A stretch of DNA of 63,855 nt. Source: Okamejei kenojei. Taxonomy: Eukaryota. The stretch covers positions 42,780,001 to 42,843,855 of the forward strand of contig CM069143.1 of assembly GCA_035221665.1 (NCBI GenBank), written 5' to 3'. Positions within the stretch are counted from its first letter, which is position 1. Every line of letters starts with the position of its first letter. Below the pieces are notes generated by a model. That model worked only from the letters and a program-made list of their open reading frames with translations. It had not been told where the DNA came from and searched no databases. Of this stretch, positions 51,159-63,855 are shown piece after piece. Both the position numbers and the translations under genes were made by a program.

Positions 51159-51399
51159 TAAGAATTGTTTATGTTAATTATGTCTTCATTGATGTATTTT
51201 AGAGAGACAGTTCCGCAGGTGACTGAGGCTCTTAATTATATCATCCAGCAACAAACAAATGAGTGTAGTCACAGAATTTTGGCAGTCTTCAATGAAGCTT
51301 AAATGTGCACACATTCATTTTTCTATTTCAAATCATTTTTTTTGACAGAGCAAGATGTCATTTCCATGCTTTTCATCTGAAGTGCATTAAAATAAATCC

Positions 51400-51560
51400 T
51401 GCTGTGGATCTGGAAAATCAAAAAGCTATAGAATCTGGAAATTTGAAAGACATAGAAAGTGCTGGAAACATTCAGCAGCATTTGTGGAAAGAGAAACAGT
51501 TAACATTTCAGGTCTGAGCCCCTTCATCAGAGAAAATGTCAATTTTCAGTAGCGGGAAAG
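51400..51560 (-). mobile_element. Old PLE tail with hammerhead-like core
   Basis: Reverse complement reads CTGATGA-aggggctcagacct-GAAAT-GTT. Confidence 0.55.
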
Positions 51561-53031
51561 TGGGAGAACAAACTACAACATACTGAATATCTCTGAGAGG
51601 ATGCAACCAGATTACATTATGTAGTAGTTATAGTAACGGTTAGGATTAAATTATGCTTTGTAGTCCAGTATTTCCAGCATTTTCCTTTTATTTCCTATTG
51701 ATCTGGCTGGTAGTAAATGTGTAAGAGGAGTCATGGTTGAATTTTCAAGCATACTTTTGCCATAATATTCTGGGTGCAATTGACACCTCATTATGATGAA
51801 AAAATGCAGGCATTTAGCTGCTTCCATTTAGTATTTTGAGGAGGCTATATTAATTTGATGTTATTATAACAAAAAACACAGATTTCTATGAGTTCCTTTA
51901 TTCCTTGAAGAGACTTTTTAAAAATAAATATTCCAAGACAAATATTCTTGTAATTCATTATTACTTAAGTTGGTCATACACTTGCCTCTGGTTCAGTAGT
52001 TTGTGATCCCTTGCACTGCAACTTTGATGCCATCGTTTTTTTGGGCATGTGCATTCTCATTATTTCCCTTCACAGTGCTTTGCAATGCCATGGTAAATTA
52101 ATGCAGTACTCCCTAATGGATCCATTCTTATTCTGTTTGGCTTTTGAGTCAGTTTTTCGCCTTAACACTGTACTTGTTTAACATTCATCCAAACCAAAAT
52201 CATTTTCCACTGATGCTAAATCAATTGCGTAAAGGAACCACGCTTTACATTTTAAAAAAATCTTATTTTCAATTCTGCTAAGTTTTTTTCAGGAATTTAA
52301 TCAATTCTGTGAAACAGTATCTATATCACAATTTAAAGAGAGTGAGGTTCTTTATTTAACACAAGTTTTAGAGGATTAGTTGACATTTTCACAAAGTAAA
52401 TAATTGTGCTGTTTTCCTTTTTTAATAAAACTGTCAAGATTGAGATTGATAATTGAAGTATTTTTTATGGGAAACTTGTTTTAAACAACATTAAGGGTTG
52501 CTCGTGTACATTAATTCTTTATTAACTGTGGGGACCCAAAAAGCATCTACCATGTAGCTTGTTAAATCAATACCACATATTGTCTATACTATTACTAAAA
52601 GTCTCATCTTGATCACTACCGGCCTACGTTGTAAATAAATTTGAGCACCCTATATTGCTATGAATACTACCCTATATTGCTATGATTTTTTCGCCATCGT
52701 ACTCACTGTCCTCCTCTCGTCCAAGCGCCCCAAGGTTTTTTACGATCGGTGAAATAATAAAAAAGTTATGAAAGTATAAAAAATTGTGAGAGTAGCAGAT
52801 TGGTCCTCTCGCCTGTCATTCACCATGATGAAGGTAGCACCCCATCCGGGGGCCAGGAGAATAAAGCCCCAGAGGTTGGACATGAGTCAGTCACCCCGGA
52901 AGACCGTGAGTGAGAGTTGAGTCCAGAATTGTGAGTCTACGCCATGAGTGAACTGAACTGGTAGTCTGCGCTGTGAGTGAATAAAACTGTAATGCCCCTG
53001 TCCCACTTAGGAAACCTGAACGGAAACCTCT

Positions 53032-53182
53032 NNNNNNNNNNNNNNNNNNNNNNNNNNNNNNNNNNNNNNNNNNNNNNNNNNNNNNNNNNNNNNNNNNNNN
53101 NNNNNNNNNNNNNNNNNNNNNNNNNNNNNNNNNNNNNNNNNNNNNNNNNNNNNNNNNNNNNNNNNNNNNNNNNNNNNNNNNN
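53032..53182. other. Assembly gap (N run)
   Basis: Run of N. Confidence 1.
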
Positions 53183-53365
53183 TGTGATAGATGGAGGGTG
53201 TGTGTGTGAGAGATGGAGGGTGTGTGTGTGTGTGTGAGAGATGGAGGGTGTGTGTGTGTGTGTGAGAGATGGAGGGTGTGTGTGTGAGTGTGCGTGAGAG
53301 ATGGAGGGTGTGTGTGTGAGTGTGCGTGAGAGATGGAGGGTGTGTGAGTGTATGTGTGTGAGTGT
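53183..53365. repeat. Minisatellite GAGATGGAGG(GT)n
   Basis: About 6 units of variable length. Confidence 0.9.
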
Positions 53366-54072
53366 GTTGTGGTTCACTTATTCTTAAACAGATAAAAACA
53401 CAAATAAAATCAGTAATCAAACAGTCATCTTTATTTCACCAGGCGGGTGTGGTAAGGACTCTATAGTATGTAGATACAGACTATACAGAGCTCTGATCCC
53501 CACTCAAGGGGGCAGTTATTAAGTACATGTATTTATAATCCAATAATCAGTGATTCAGCAATACCTTATCTAAAGAGCATAGTACAGCGTCTTGCTTCTT
53601 AAGATTGACAGGTTCTTCCGAAAGAGGAAAGGTTAGCCATATATGGTTATATGATAAGGCTATTTTTCTGCAGATCAAGCATCTTGGTTTTTTTTTTTAC
53701 TAATGACGCACGTTATAATCTTATAGAGCAAGTGTAAGTGCCAAGAGTCTGAACATCCTCTAAATGTTTATATTATATAGGAGACATTCATGAAGCTGTG
53801 CTTGTTATCTCACTTATTGGATAAGGGTACATCAACATTTTGTTAGCCTTGTAAGTGTAATAATAGCAAGGGTTAGAGCTTCTGTTGGCTTTGCAATTTA
53901 ATAGGAGAAGGTGACAGCCTGTCTTAGATTCAGCCAAATCCATTTTTGTAAAGTTTAAATCTTATAAACTTCCACAAGTGTGTGTGAAGTAGTGTGTGAG
54001 TGATGAAGGGTGTGAGTGTGTGTTTATAGATATGGAGGGTGTGTGTGTGTGATAGAGGGAGTGTGTGTGTGA

Positions 54073-54650
54073 GCCCACCCGCCATGAGTGAGTGAACTGC
54101 CAGCCCACCAGCTGTGAGGGAGTCCACTGCCAGCCCACCAGCCCTGAGTGAGTCAACTGCCAGCCCACCAGCCGTGAGTGACTCAATTGCCAGCCCACCA
54201 GCCGTGAGTGAGTCAACTGTCAGCCCACTAGCTGCGAGTGAGTCAATTGCCAGCCCACTAGCTGCGAGTGAGTCAATTGCCAGCCCACTAGCCATGAGTG
54301 AGTGAACTGCCAGCCCACTAGCCATGAGTGAGTGAACTGCCAGCCCACCAGCCCTGAGTGGCTGAGTGAACTGCCAACCCAGCAGCCCTGACTTGGTGAA
54401 CTGCCAGCCCACCAGCCCTGAGTGACTGTGAACTGCCAGCCCACCAGGCCTGTGACTATGAACTGCCAGCCCACCAGCCTTCAGTGACTAAGTGAAATGC
54501 CAGCCCACCAGCCCTGAGTGACTGGGTGAACTGCCAGCCCACCAGTCCTGAGTGACTGAGAGAACTGCCAGCCTACCAGCCCTGAGTGAACTGCCAGCCT
54601 ACCAGCCCTGAGTGAACTGCCAGCCCATCAGCCCTGTGACTGAGTGAGCT
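54073..54650. repeat. Minisatellite of about 26-34 bp (GAGTGAACTGCCAGCCCACCAGCCCT-like unit)
   Basis: About 18 diverged tandem units. Confidence 0.92.
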
Positions 54651-55084
54651 GCGAGTCCAAGATTCCATTTGGCCCATTATGTCCATACTAGCCCTCTGTA
54701 TACCAGTTCCTTCAGCCCACAACACCCATACTAGCGCTCCAGAAAGCCCCTATTCAAATTGGAATTGGTGGAGAGGTGGAATATTGCGTTGGAGGACCGT
54801 GTGAACATGGGAACCAACGGGTCCCACTTGTTTGTCATAGTTTTGACTTTTTACTACAGCATTTAACCACAACAATCATAAACCATTGTTGGGCAGCCAT
54901 AAAGCAATGTAAAGGTTTTACAGAAACCAACATGGTCACATAATAATGTTGACAGATTATTGAAGCTCAAATTTTGATTTTAAAAGGAGAACATTGGAAA
55001 CGGTGTTTAGGTGTAATATAAATGAAAGTATATTTGATTTAGCATTCTAAGTCATCCTGGATTATTTTAAATGTAATTTATTAT

Positions 55085-58000
55085 TAATTGTTGCAATTTG
55101 TAACTATTTGAAGCTACAGATGAAAACATTTTTTGAGACAAACGACACCCCCGGTATTTCTCCATCTTTGCTGTGGGAAACTTTTAAAGCCTATGTTAGA
55201 GGCTGTATTATTGCATACCAAGCTTTTCAAAACAAGAAAAATAAGGCTGAACAATTGGAATTAGAAAAACAGATAAAACAGTTAGACCTCGACAACGCGG
55301 CTGACCCAACCATTGCAAAGCATAATAAGATAGCTGCATTAAAATTTAAATTAAATTAGATTCTCTCTGCAAAAATTATTAAGGTATTTCATTATACCAT
55401 GCAAAAAAAGCTACTAGCACGTCAACTCCGCAAATTAGAGAATGACCACAATATACAAAATTAGATCGGAAAAAGGAGATCTGCTTACATTTGCCTAAAG
55501 ATATTAATGAAAGATTCTTACAATTCTTCCAAACACTATGTTCATCAAAAACAACAGCCAATCCTGCAAAGATGAAAAGTTTTCTTGAGAATTACAATCT
55601 CCCATTCCTTAATGAGCAGGAATGGGATGAATTAGCAGAGATAACAACAAAAGACATCGTGGAGACTATTAAATCATTGAAAAGTGGCCCAAACGGGTTT
55701 AGTAACGAATTTTATAAAAAAATGTAATTACTTAATTTCTCCACGCTTATATTCAAGCATTTAAAGAACAGACTTTACCACAAACTCTTTCTGAATCAAC
55801 TATTCCATTAATTCCAAAAAAAGATACAAAATCTCGAGGAGCCTGGATCCTATAGGGCAATAGCCCTTTTAAATACGGATAAGAAGATCCTAGCTAAGAC
55901 TTTGGCTTGTAGATTAAGCTTGGTTATCTGTAACCTAATACATCCAGATCAAACTGGGTTTATACCTAAACGACATTCGTTTTATAATTTGAGACGTTTG
56001 TTTAACATAATATATTCACAGAGAATGCCAAATAAAGATCTAACAATTATTTCCCTAGATGCAGAAAAAGCTTTCGACCAAGTGGAATGGTCTTATCTTT
56101 ACACAGTGTTGGAAATATTTCAATTGGGAAAAAACTTTACTTTATGGGTGAAGCTTTTATACACTAATCCGACAGCTAGAATACTGACAAATCAAATGCT
56201 TTCACCTAAATTTTATTTATCTAGGGATTACAGACAAGGATGTGCCCTTTCTCCAATGTTATTTGCTTGAGCCATAGAACCTCTTGCCAAGAGTATCAGG
56301 TTACATTCAGGCATTTATAGATATAATACCAAATATACCACCAATAAAATCTCGTTATATGCAGATGATGTACTTCTATACATTACTAATCCCCAAGTTA
56401 GTATTCCAAATGTTATAAACATTATAGAACAATTTGGTTCTTTCTCTGGATACAGAATAAATTGGAATAAAAGTGAAATTATGCCAATAAAAGAACAAGA
56501 CCCTTCTCAACTCCAAAAATTACCTTTCAGAATTGTTACTGAAAAGTTCAGATATCTTGGAATTTACGTGACTAGAAAGTATTCCTCTCTGTTTAAAACA
56601 AACTTCCCACCATTAATCACTAAACTATATGCCTACATGTAGATTAAATGCCATAAAGATGATGTTCCTTCCCGCAATTTTTATATTAATTTCAATCAAT
56701 ACCGATATATCTCACAAAAAGTTTATTTTAAAAATTGATTCTATTGTCACTAACTATTTGGGACTACAAAACCCATAGAATACACAAAAGACATTTGTGC
56801 AAATCCAAAGAAAATGGAGGATTAGCGCTTCCTAATTTTCTTTTTTACTACTGGGCAACTAACAATAAAAATATAACCTTCTGGTTGGACGATACATGTC
56901 AACGTAAATTGGTTAAAAATGGAGAGGGACGATTGTTTGCCTTTTAGTATAGGCTCGATCCTCCTATCTCCAATACATTTGAATAAGTCAATGTATGAGC
57001 AAAATCCAATAATACATAGTACTATCCGTATCTGCAAACAGTTGAAATTCAGTCTTATATTGAGAAACATGTCTCTCCTTCTTCCTGTTGCAAACAATCC
57101 CTCATTTAAACCGTCTACTTTAGATATGGTGTTTGTTCAATGGAAGAACCTGGGAATTAATACTGTGGGAGACCTCTATAAGAAGGGGACTCTGTTCTCC
57201 CTAGTTTTCAAGAACTACAGGAGAAATATCACTTGAATGCCAACAATTTTTTTAGATACCTTCAAATGCGAGATTATGTGAAAACATATACACAAGACTG
57301 TTCTCTTATGGGTCCAGATATATTAGACGATTGTTTGAATAGACATGCCGGTACAAGTAAGTTTATATCTTACATTTATAACACTCTTCTAAATATTGAT
57401 ACCCCACCTTCTGAGATTTATAGGCGAGCATGGGAAGACAAGCTGGGTTTACCCATTTCAAAGATACATGGGAGGAAAGCCTATTATACCTATATTACTG
57501 TTCTTTAAATGCCAGGCATTGCCTGATACAATTCAAAGTATTGCATAGGTTATACTACTCAAAGACCAAATTGAACAAGATCTTCCCAACTGTCTCCCCT
57601 CTCTGCGATAAATGTCACTTCCTATTCTTTTGTATCCTGTATAAAAATTTCTGAATGGGAATATTCAATACCATTTCTAAAACACTCAAAATTCAATTGG
57701 AGTTAGATTCAAAATGAATAATAATAAGAATGTCAGAGGGCTGCCCTAAGTTAACAATATTCCAAAAACGCTTTCTTGACTACGGTTTAATAACTGCGAA
57801 AAAACGTATACTTAAATTCTGGAAAAAGATAACAGTTCCTACAGTGAAGATGTGGATCACAGAAATGACCGAGACACTACATTTAGAAAAAATAAGGCTT
57901 GTTTTGTCTGACAAATCAGATCAATTTTCCAAAATATGGTCTCCTATCATTGAATTTCTTCAACGTTCAATGGTTGAACACAAATTCAAAACCGACGCTA

Positions 58001-58270
58001 GGGTCGGGTGAGCGGGTGTAGGGAAGGGTAGTGGGATATACCTCCGCTTTTTTTTCACTTCTTTGTTAGTTCAGGGGTCTTTCTTCTTTCCTTTTCGAAA
58101 TTCTTTCTTTTCTTTTTCCTTTCTTCTTCCTTTCCCTTTCCTTTTTTCTTTTTTCCGATTCACTTATTAGTTTATAAAATGTTAAAACTGAAGCTGTACG
58201 AAAATTGTATAATTTTTATGTCGATTACTTTCTCCTTGTACAATTGCTTCTAATAAAATAAATATATATA
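55085..58270 (+). mobile_element. 5'-truncated L1-clade LINE (degenerate ORF2, 3' UTR, A-rich tail)
   Basis: LLWETFKAYVRG, IHPDQTGFIP, SLDAEKAFD, RQGCALSP, LYADDVLL, GGLALPN, NARHCLIQFKVLHR; AATAAA at 58252-58257. Confidence 0.93.
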
Positions 58271-58291
58271 TTTTTAATTAACTTTCTTTAG

Positions 58292-58364
58292 GTATCATAA
58301 CGTATTGGAGGCTTGCTGTCTTTATCCTGACATCGAAGTTTTACCGTCTGGAGACATGACTGAG
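58292..58364 (+). CDS. ABCC5: ABCC5-like exon (73 nt), NBD1
   Basis: tag|...|gtaaaa; YHNVLEACCLYPDIEVLPSGDMTE. Confidence 0.95.
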
Positions 58365-58487
58365 GTAAAAAGTAATGCAAAATTCTCTGACTACACATTA
58401 AATGCAGGTTAAATTACTATAGTGGAGGAAGAGGTCAGGAGCAATCAGGGCTAGCCACAAATTCACGTTTCGGTTTAGAATTTATAA

Positions 58488-59002
58488 CTGGTCTCTTTTC
58501 TCGCCTCCAGCTCTTCATCCACCCCCTACTTTCAGTCTGAAGAACGGTCTCAACCCGAAATGTGAACTAATTGGAACAGCACTTAATATTTCACTTGGTT
58601 AGCTTATAACCCAGCTGTATGAATGTTGAATTCTCTAATTTTAAGTATCCTACTTTCACTCCCCTTCTCTCCCCCTCCCCCCCTTGACCCCTTCCTCTAT
58701 CCTAGTCATTTAACCAGTTCCACAGTTCAGCACATTGTATCCCTCTTGAGATCACACCTTCCCTAGCCAACAACTTGAGGTCATTGGTAGCCAGCCCTAG
58801 TTGGTCCTGGTCTCTTTTCTCACCTCCAGCTCTTCAGACTACTTCAGACTACTTCAGCCTACTTTCAGTCTGAAGAAAGGTCCCAACCCGAAATGCCACC
58901 CATCCTTTATCTCCAGAGATGCTGCCTGACCCGCTGAGTTACTCCAGCACTTTGTGTCTATCTTTGGTGTAAACCAGCACTTGCAGTTCTTTGTTTCTAC
59001 AA
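58488..59002 (+). mobile_element. PLE partial tandem with two hammerhead-bearing UTR segments
   Basis: UTR segment repeated at 58488-58562 and about 58807-58900; GIY-YIG end (EQHLIFHL..MNVEFSNFK) between them. Confidence 0.8.
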
Positions 59003-59384
59003 TGAATATCATAAGTTCAGACATGGACAGAAGGCATAACTGAACTAGATTATTCTTTTCCCATTGATCTTAAAATATATTTACAAACATTGGTCATCAA
59101 TCGAGGTCAGGAATCCAGGCTGCATTATTTCACTGTTCATTGTCAGGGTCCTGGGCTAGTTGTGAAATACCTCTTAACATATTTGTTACTATTATGTCTG
59201 TTACCACTGATAGTTAAACTGCCAAATCAATAATGAAAGTAAACTCAAGCCTTTTTTAAAATAAATCTGTGTTGATCTGAGATATTTTTATCGTTTCTGT
59301 AGGTCATTCAAGTTCTAAAGTAATTATACTATGGGAGCTCAAAGCTGTTGTGAAAAGCTAAAGATTCCCATGCTACAGAACAAT

Positions 59385-59790
59385 GATTTTACATGTTGCT
59401 TGGATTAGGTGGTATTAGCTACAACGAGAGGCTGAGACAAACTGATATTGTTTGCTCTGTCAAGCCAGTGATTGAGGGGAGACCTGATATAAGTATACAA
59501 ATTACTGGAGCCGTAGATAGGGAAGACAGTCAGACCCTATTCCAGGTTTGAAATGTCAAAGTCTGGAGGGCATTGCATTAAGATGAGAGGGGCAAAGTTT
59601 AAAGAAGATGTGGGTATGTTTTTTTAAGTAGAGGCTATTGTATGCCTGTAAGTGCTGCCAGGGGTGCTAGTGGAGGCAGATATGATAGAGGCAGAAGAGA
59701 TTAGTTTTATATTGGCATTCTGTTTGGCATGGACATTGTGAATAAAATAACCTGTTCCAGTGCTGTACTTTTGTCTGTTCCATGTGAGAA
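59385..59790 (+). mobile_element. Old CR1 3' end
   Basis: Degenerate LRGDLI..RGAKF text and UTR. Confidence 0.65.
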
Positions 59791-60007
59791 TTATGTCTGG
59801 TAGTAGTCATTTATTTTTCATCTTTTGTATCCTCAGTTGATGGATTGCTAAGTTGTATTAAATAATATTTTTGTCAAGTGAAATGTATTGAATTCCTCTG
59901 CAAAATAAATGTATAGATCAACACTACTCAGCGTTCAAAGTCTTCACAGTTTTTGCATTTGAAAAGTTACTCTCAGATTGCCTAACATTTACAAATCTTC
60001 ACCATAG

Positions 60008-60223
<216 letters not shown>

Positions 60224-60346
60224 TAATTAAATCTAAAGGTATATAATGTTGGCAAGAGTTTAAAGAATAAATTACTTGTTAACTCTAATAAGTATAATCA
60301 GAAATGCAATTTTCATTTTGACGTGACCATGGAATCATATCATTTA

Positions 60347-60741
60347 TGTCCCATTTAGGCGATTTTTAGGCAACTACAGGTGACTAGGCTGTCGCCATAT
60401 GGTCACCGGTGGTCGCCGGGGTGTCGCCTGTATGGTCGTGCGTAGTCTCCTTAGTCGCCCAAAGAGTCATAGTGTCTTTCAGGTCGCCACTGGAGTTTCA
60501 ACATTTTGAAAGATTTTCGGCAACAGTGGCGACAATGAGCGTAGCTTGACATAGGTGCTGTCGTACGTTGTCGCAAGGTTAACGTAGGTTGAATTCGATT
60601 GTTGTATTCGCCGGCAGTTGCCTAAAAAATAGCCTCAGTGGGACAGGCCCATTAATCCAGTAGCTGGTTTTTCGGCGACCTGCTACGACTATGACAGTCG
60701 CCGGCACTCGTCTAAACATCGCCTAAGTGGGACAGGCCCAT
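60347..60741. mobile_element. Harbinger-type MITE(s) with two right termini
   Basis: Left end TGTCCCATTTAGGCG; right end GTGGGACAGGCCCAT-TAA occurs twice (ending near 60652 and 60741). Confidence 0.65.
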
Positions 60742-60944
60742 TAAAGCACAAAAGGGAAGTCCCTGTGTCACTGTATCGTTACAGCACAAAAATCAGACAT
60801 TCATTTTGAGGCTCTCTGTCTGATATTCCTGTAAATTGCTTTTTTTTTTTGTTTTAAGATCCTGATAACTTTTTTCATTATTGTATTATTTTCTCTATCA
60901 CCTAAACTAGTATTCTGGCATATGTGTTCTGTTTCAGTCTTTAG

Positions 60945-61225
60945 GCATTAGTCATTAGTCATTAGTTTATTGTCAGTTTAATACCGAGGAACTGTAAAAA
61001 TATTTTGTTGCATGCTAACCAGCCAGTAGAAAGGCAATACATGATTATAATCGAGCCATCCACATGATATAGGGAATATCGTGAATAACATTTAGTGCAA
61101 GATGAAGCCAGTAAAGTCTGATTAAAGGTAGTCTGAGGGTCTCCCATGAGGTAGATAGTAGTTCAGGACTGCTCTCTACTTGTTGGTAGGAGGGTTCAGT
61201 TACCTGATAACAGCTGGAAAGAACA
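60945..61225 (-). mobile_element. Rex-Babar-type 3' end
   Basis: (CATTAGT)n tail plus TTTATTGTCA; homologous to 39610-39900. Confidence 0.6.
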
Positions 61226-61346
61226 TGTATTTTCACTCAATTCTTGGATCCAAATTCTGGTATAAATTAAACTTAGATATTAATTTAAAATGCAAAGGTG
61301 GATGAACAAAGATATATATTTGAATTTGTGTGTTTTTCCATTATAG

Positions 61347-61472
61347 TATCTTGTAGACTGTGATGAAGTGCTGTTCATGCGGGATGGATGTATTGCTGAA
61401 CAAGGCACACATGAGGATCTAATGACTCTTAATGAAGACTATGCTGCGCTATTCAATAGCATGCAGCAAGCT
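61347..61472 (+). CDS. ABCC5: ABCC5-like exon (126 nt), end of NBD1
   Basis: tag|...|gtaagt; YLVDCDEVLFMRDGCIAEQGTHEDLMTLNEDYAALFNSMQQA. Confidence 0.94.
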
Positions 61473-61754
61473 GTAAGTGTAACACGGTGAGATGACACAT
61501 AAACATGATACCAACATGAAAAATCAATGGCAGAGTAGAGTAATTAATTCATCTACACCTTGTTATTGTGGAATCACAGTATAGGACAGAATAGACTTAT
61601 TGATTCTGTGCTTGGTCTTCTAAAGAACAATCCAGTTAGTTCCACCACTCGTCGCCATTCTCAAATTCGTTTAATTTATTTCTCTCAAATAATCATTCAA
61701 TAACCCTTAACAAACAACGGTTGCCTCTACATTCATTAGTCTTATCAGGCAACA

Positions 61755-63080
61755 TATTGCCCGAAGGTGAACAGCTGGAAGTTGTAATGCATGTTGGCAC
61801 AGACGATGTCGGAAAGAAGGGGATGAATATTCTGAAGTGTGACTTTAGAACTGGGAAAAGTGCTGAAAAGCAGGTCCTCCAGGTGGTTATCTCCGGTTTG
61901 CTTCCAGTTCCTCGTGCTGGCGAGAGCAGGAACAGGTAGATACAGGACCTGAACGTGTGGCTGAGGAACTGGTGCAGGGGGCAGGGATTAAAATTGGAGG
62001 ATAGCTAATGTTATCCCACTTTTCATGAAAGGAGCGAGAGAGAAAACAAGGAATTACAGACCAGTTAGCCTGACTTCGGTGGTGGTAAAGATGCTGGAGT
62101 CAATTATTGCAGAGGTACTAATGGGGCATTTGGTTAGCAGAAAAAGGATTAGTCCAAGTCAGCATGGATTTATGAAAGGAAAATCATGCTTGACTAATCT
62201 TCTGGAATTTTCTGAGGATGTGACAAGTAAAATGGATGAAGGGGAGCCAGTGGATGCAGTGTATCTAGAATTTCAGAAAGCCTTTGATAAGGTCCCGCAC
62301 AGGAGACTGGTGACTAAAATTAGAGCACATGGGCTTGGGTGTTGACGTGGATAGAAAATTGGTTGGCAGACAGGAAGCAAAGAGTAGGAGTGAACGGGTC
62401 CTTTTCAGAATGGCAGGGAGTGGCGAGTGGAGTGCTCGGTGTTGCGGCCGCAACTGTTTACCATATATATTAATGATTTGAAAGAGTGAATTAGGAGCAA
62501 CACTAGACGTTTGCAGATGACACAAAGCTCGGTGGCAGTGTGAACTGTGAAGAGGATGTTAGGCGGTTGCAGGGTGTCCTGGACAGGTTGAGTGAGTGGG
62601 CAGATGCGTGGCAGATGCAGTATAATATAGATAAATATGAGATTATCCACTTTGGTGGCAAAAACAAGGGGGCAAATTAATATCTCAATGGGGTTAGGTT
62701 AGGTAAGGGGGAGGTACAGCGAGACCTGGGTGTCCTTGTACACCGGTCACTGAAAGTTGGCGTGCAGGTACAGCGGGCAGTGAAGAAAGCTAATGGAATG
62801 TTGGCCTTCATAACAAGAGGATTTCAGTATAGGAGTAGAGAGGTTCTTCTGCAGTTGTATAGGGCTCTGGTGAGACCACATCTGGAATGTTGCGTACAGT
62901 TTTTGTCTCCTAATTTGAGGAAGGACATCCTTGTGAATGAGGCAGTGTAGGTTCACGAGATTGATCCCTGGGATGGTGGGACTGTCAAATGAGGAAAGAT
63001 TGAAAATACTAGGCTTGTATTCACAGGAGTTTAGAAGGATGAGGGGATATCTTATAGAAACATATAAATTATAAAAGGAC
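61755..63080 (+). mobile_element. CR1 LINE: ORF1 esterase fragment joined to RT by an internal deletion
   Basis: EGEQLEVVMHVGTDDVG..ISGLLPVPRA, junction near 61990, then [19 protein letters not shown]. Confidence 0.88.
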
Positions 63081-63540
63081 ATATTTTCATTTACTCCATC
63101 ATGATTTTAAAACACCTCTATTCTAGCCACCTTTGGTCTTTGAAGAACAACTCTTGTTTCTTCAGTCTGTCCACATAATGTAAAACTCTCGTTACTGAAG
63201 TCATTGTTTATCTCTAATGACTAATTTCCAAAATGTTCTCATGACTGCAAGTTCTCTAGACTGGAATCCATAATCCAGATACGACTGACTTCATGATAAA
63301 TGTAAGTTCAGTGTAATTCCCAGGCTATTTCCAGGGCTTCTATCAATCCCTGTCTACTTCCTTTTTTAAAGAAATCTGCCACATCACCTTCAATGATTTA
63401 TGATCAAACGCTTCTGGATACGTCCTACTCGAGCCTTCTTTATTATTGTCATTCTTGCTGTCAGTATACATTATTTAATATTTTTGTTGTATTGAATTTC
63501 TATTCCAAAGTATCCTTAACGTATCGTTTTTTAATAATAA

Positions 63541-63615
63541 CTAGACAAAGTGGGATCCGTTGGGTCCCAGCATCACACGGGGCTGGTCCCCCAATGCAAT
63601 ATTCCACCTTTCCAC
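63541..63615 (-). mobile_element. Helitron 3' terminus running into the gap
   Basis: Reverse complement reads GGGACCCAACGGATCCC hairpin, ACTTTGT, CTAG|T. Confidence 0.65.
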
Positions 63616-63851
63616 NNNNNNNNNNNNNNNNNNNNNNNNNNNNNNNNNNNNNNNNNNNNNNNNNNNNNNNNNNNNNNNNNNNNNNNNNNNNNNNNNNNNN
63701 NNNNNNNNNNNNNNNNNNNNNNNNNNNNNNNNNNNNNNNNNNNNNNNNNNNNNNNNNNNNNNNNNNNNNNNNNNNNNNNNNNNNNNNNNNNNNNNNNNNN
63801 NNNNNNNNNNNNNNNNNNNNNNNNNNNNNNNNNNNNNNNNNNNNNNNNNNN
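63616..63851. other. Assembly gap (N run)
   Basis: Run of N. Confidence 1.
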
Positions 63852-63855
63852 TTAC

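Larger units (their letters stand above)
52583..54840 (+). mobile_element. Non-autonomous Helitron (or two adjacent copies) with internal minisatellites; spans an assembly gap
   Basis: 5' end TCTATACTATTACTAAAA; 3' hairpin GGGAACCAACGGGTCCC (54809-54825) before a degenerate CTAG; same 3' end as 63541-63615; a Harbinger-MITE end is nested at about 52992. Confidence 0.6.

Noticed and set aside
53930-54650. Regular ~30-bp repeats as a CRISPR-like array or repeat protein
   Set aside because: The units are contiguous with no unique spacers, there are no cas genes and the context is eukaryotic; it is a minisatellite.

Overview
This is vertebrate genomic DNA, most likely a skate or ray, inferred from HE1-type V-SINEs, HER1/CR1 LINEs and SacSINE1-like Deu-SINEs. 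The + strand carries 12 consecutive internal coding exons of an ABCC5 (MRP5)-like ABC transporter gene. They encode TMD1, the linker and all of NBD1, have GT-AG boundaries and splice into one continuous frame; the gene's start and end lie outside the window. The introns are packed with mobile DNA: many CR1 LINEs (one nearly intact), Neptune-type Penelope-like elements (PLEs) with hammerhead-ribozyme cores, L1/Tx1 and Rex-Babar fragments, a hAT element, Harbinger MITEs plus a fossil Harbinger transposase, Helitrons with minisatellites, and SINEs. Most ORFs in the supplied track are TE fragments or antisense shadows. The best leads are: (1) a modular GC-rich non-coding retroposon family with a conserved hairpin and a covarying Rex-Babar-type tail; (2) intact minimal hammerhead cores, including a sense copy that a nearby antisense copy could sequester; (3) long intronic inverted duplications; (4) an L1 3' end that appears to supply an exon's branch point, overlapping its own poly(A) signal. 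No database searches were run; family names come from recognised motifs.
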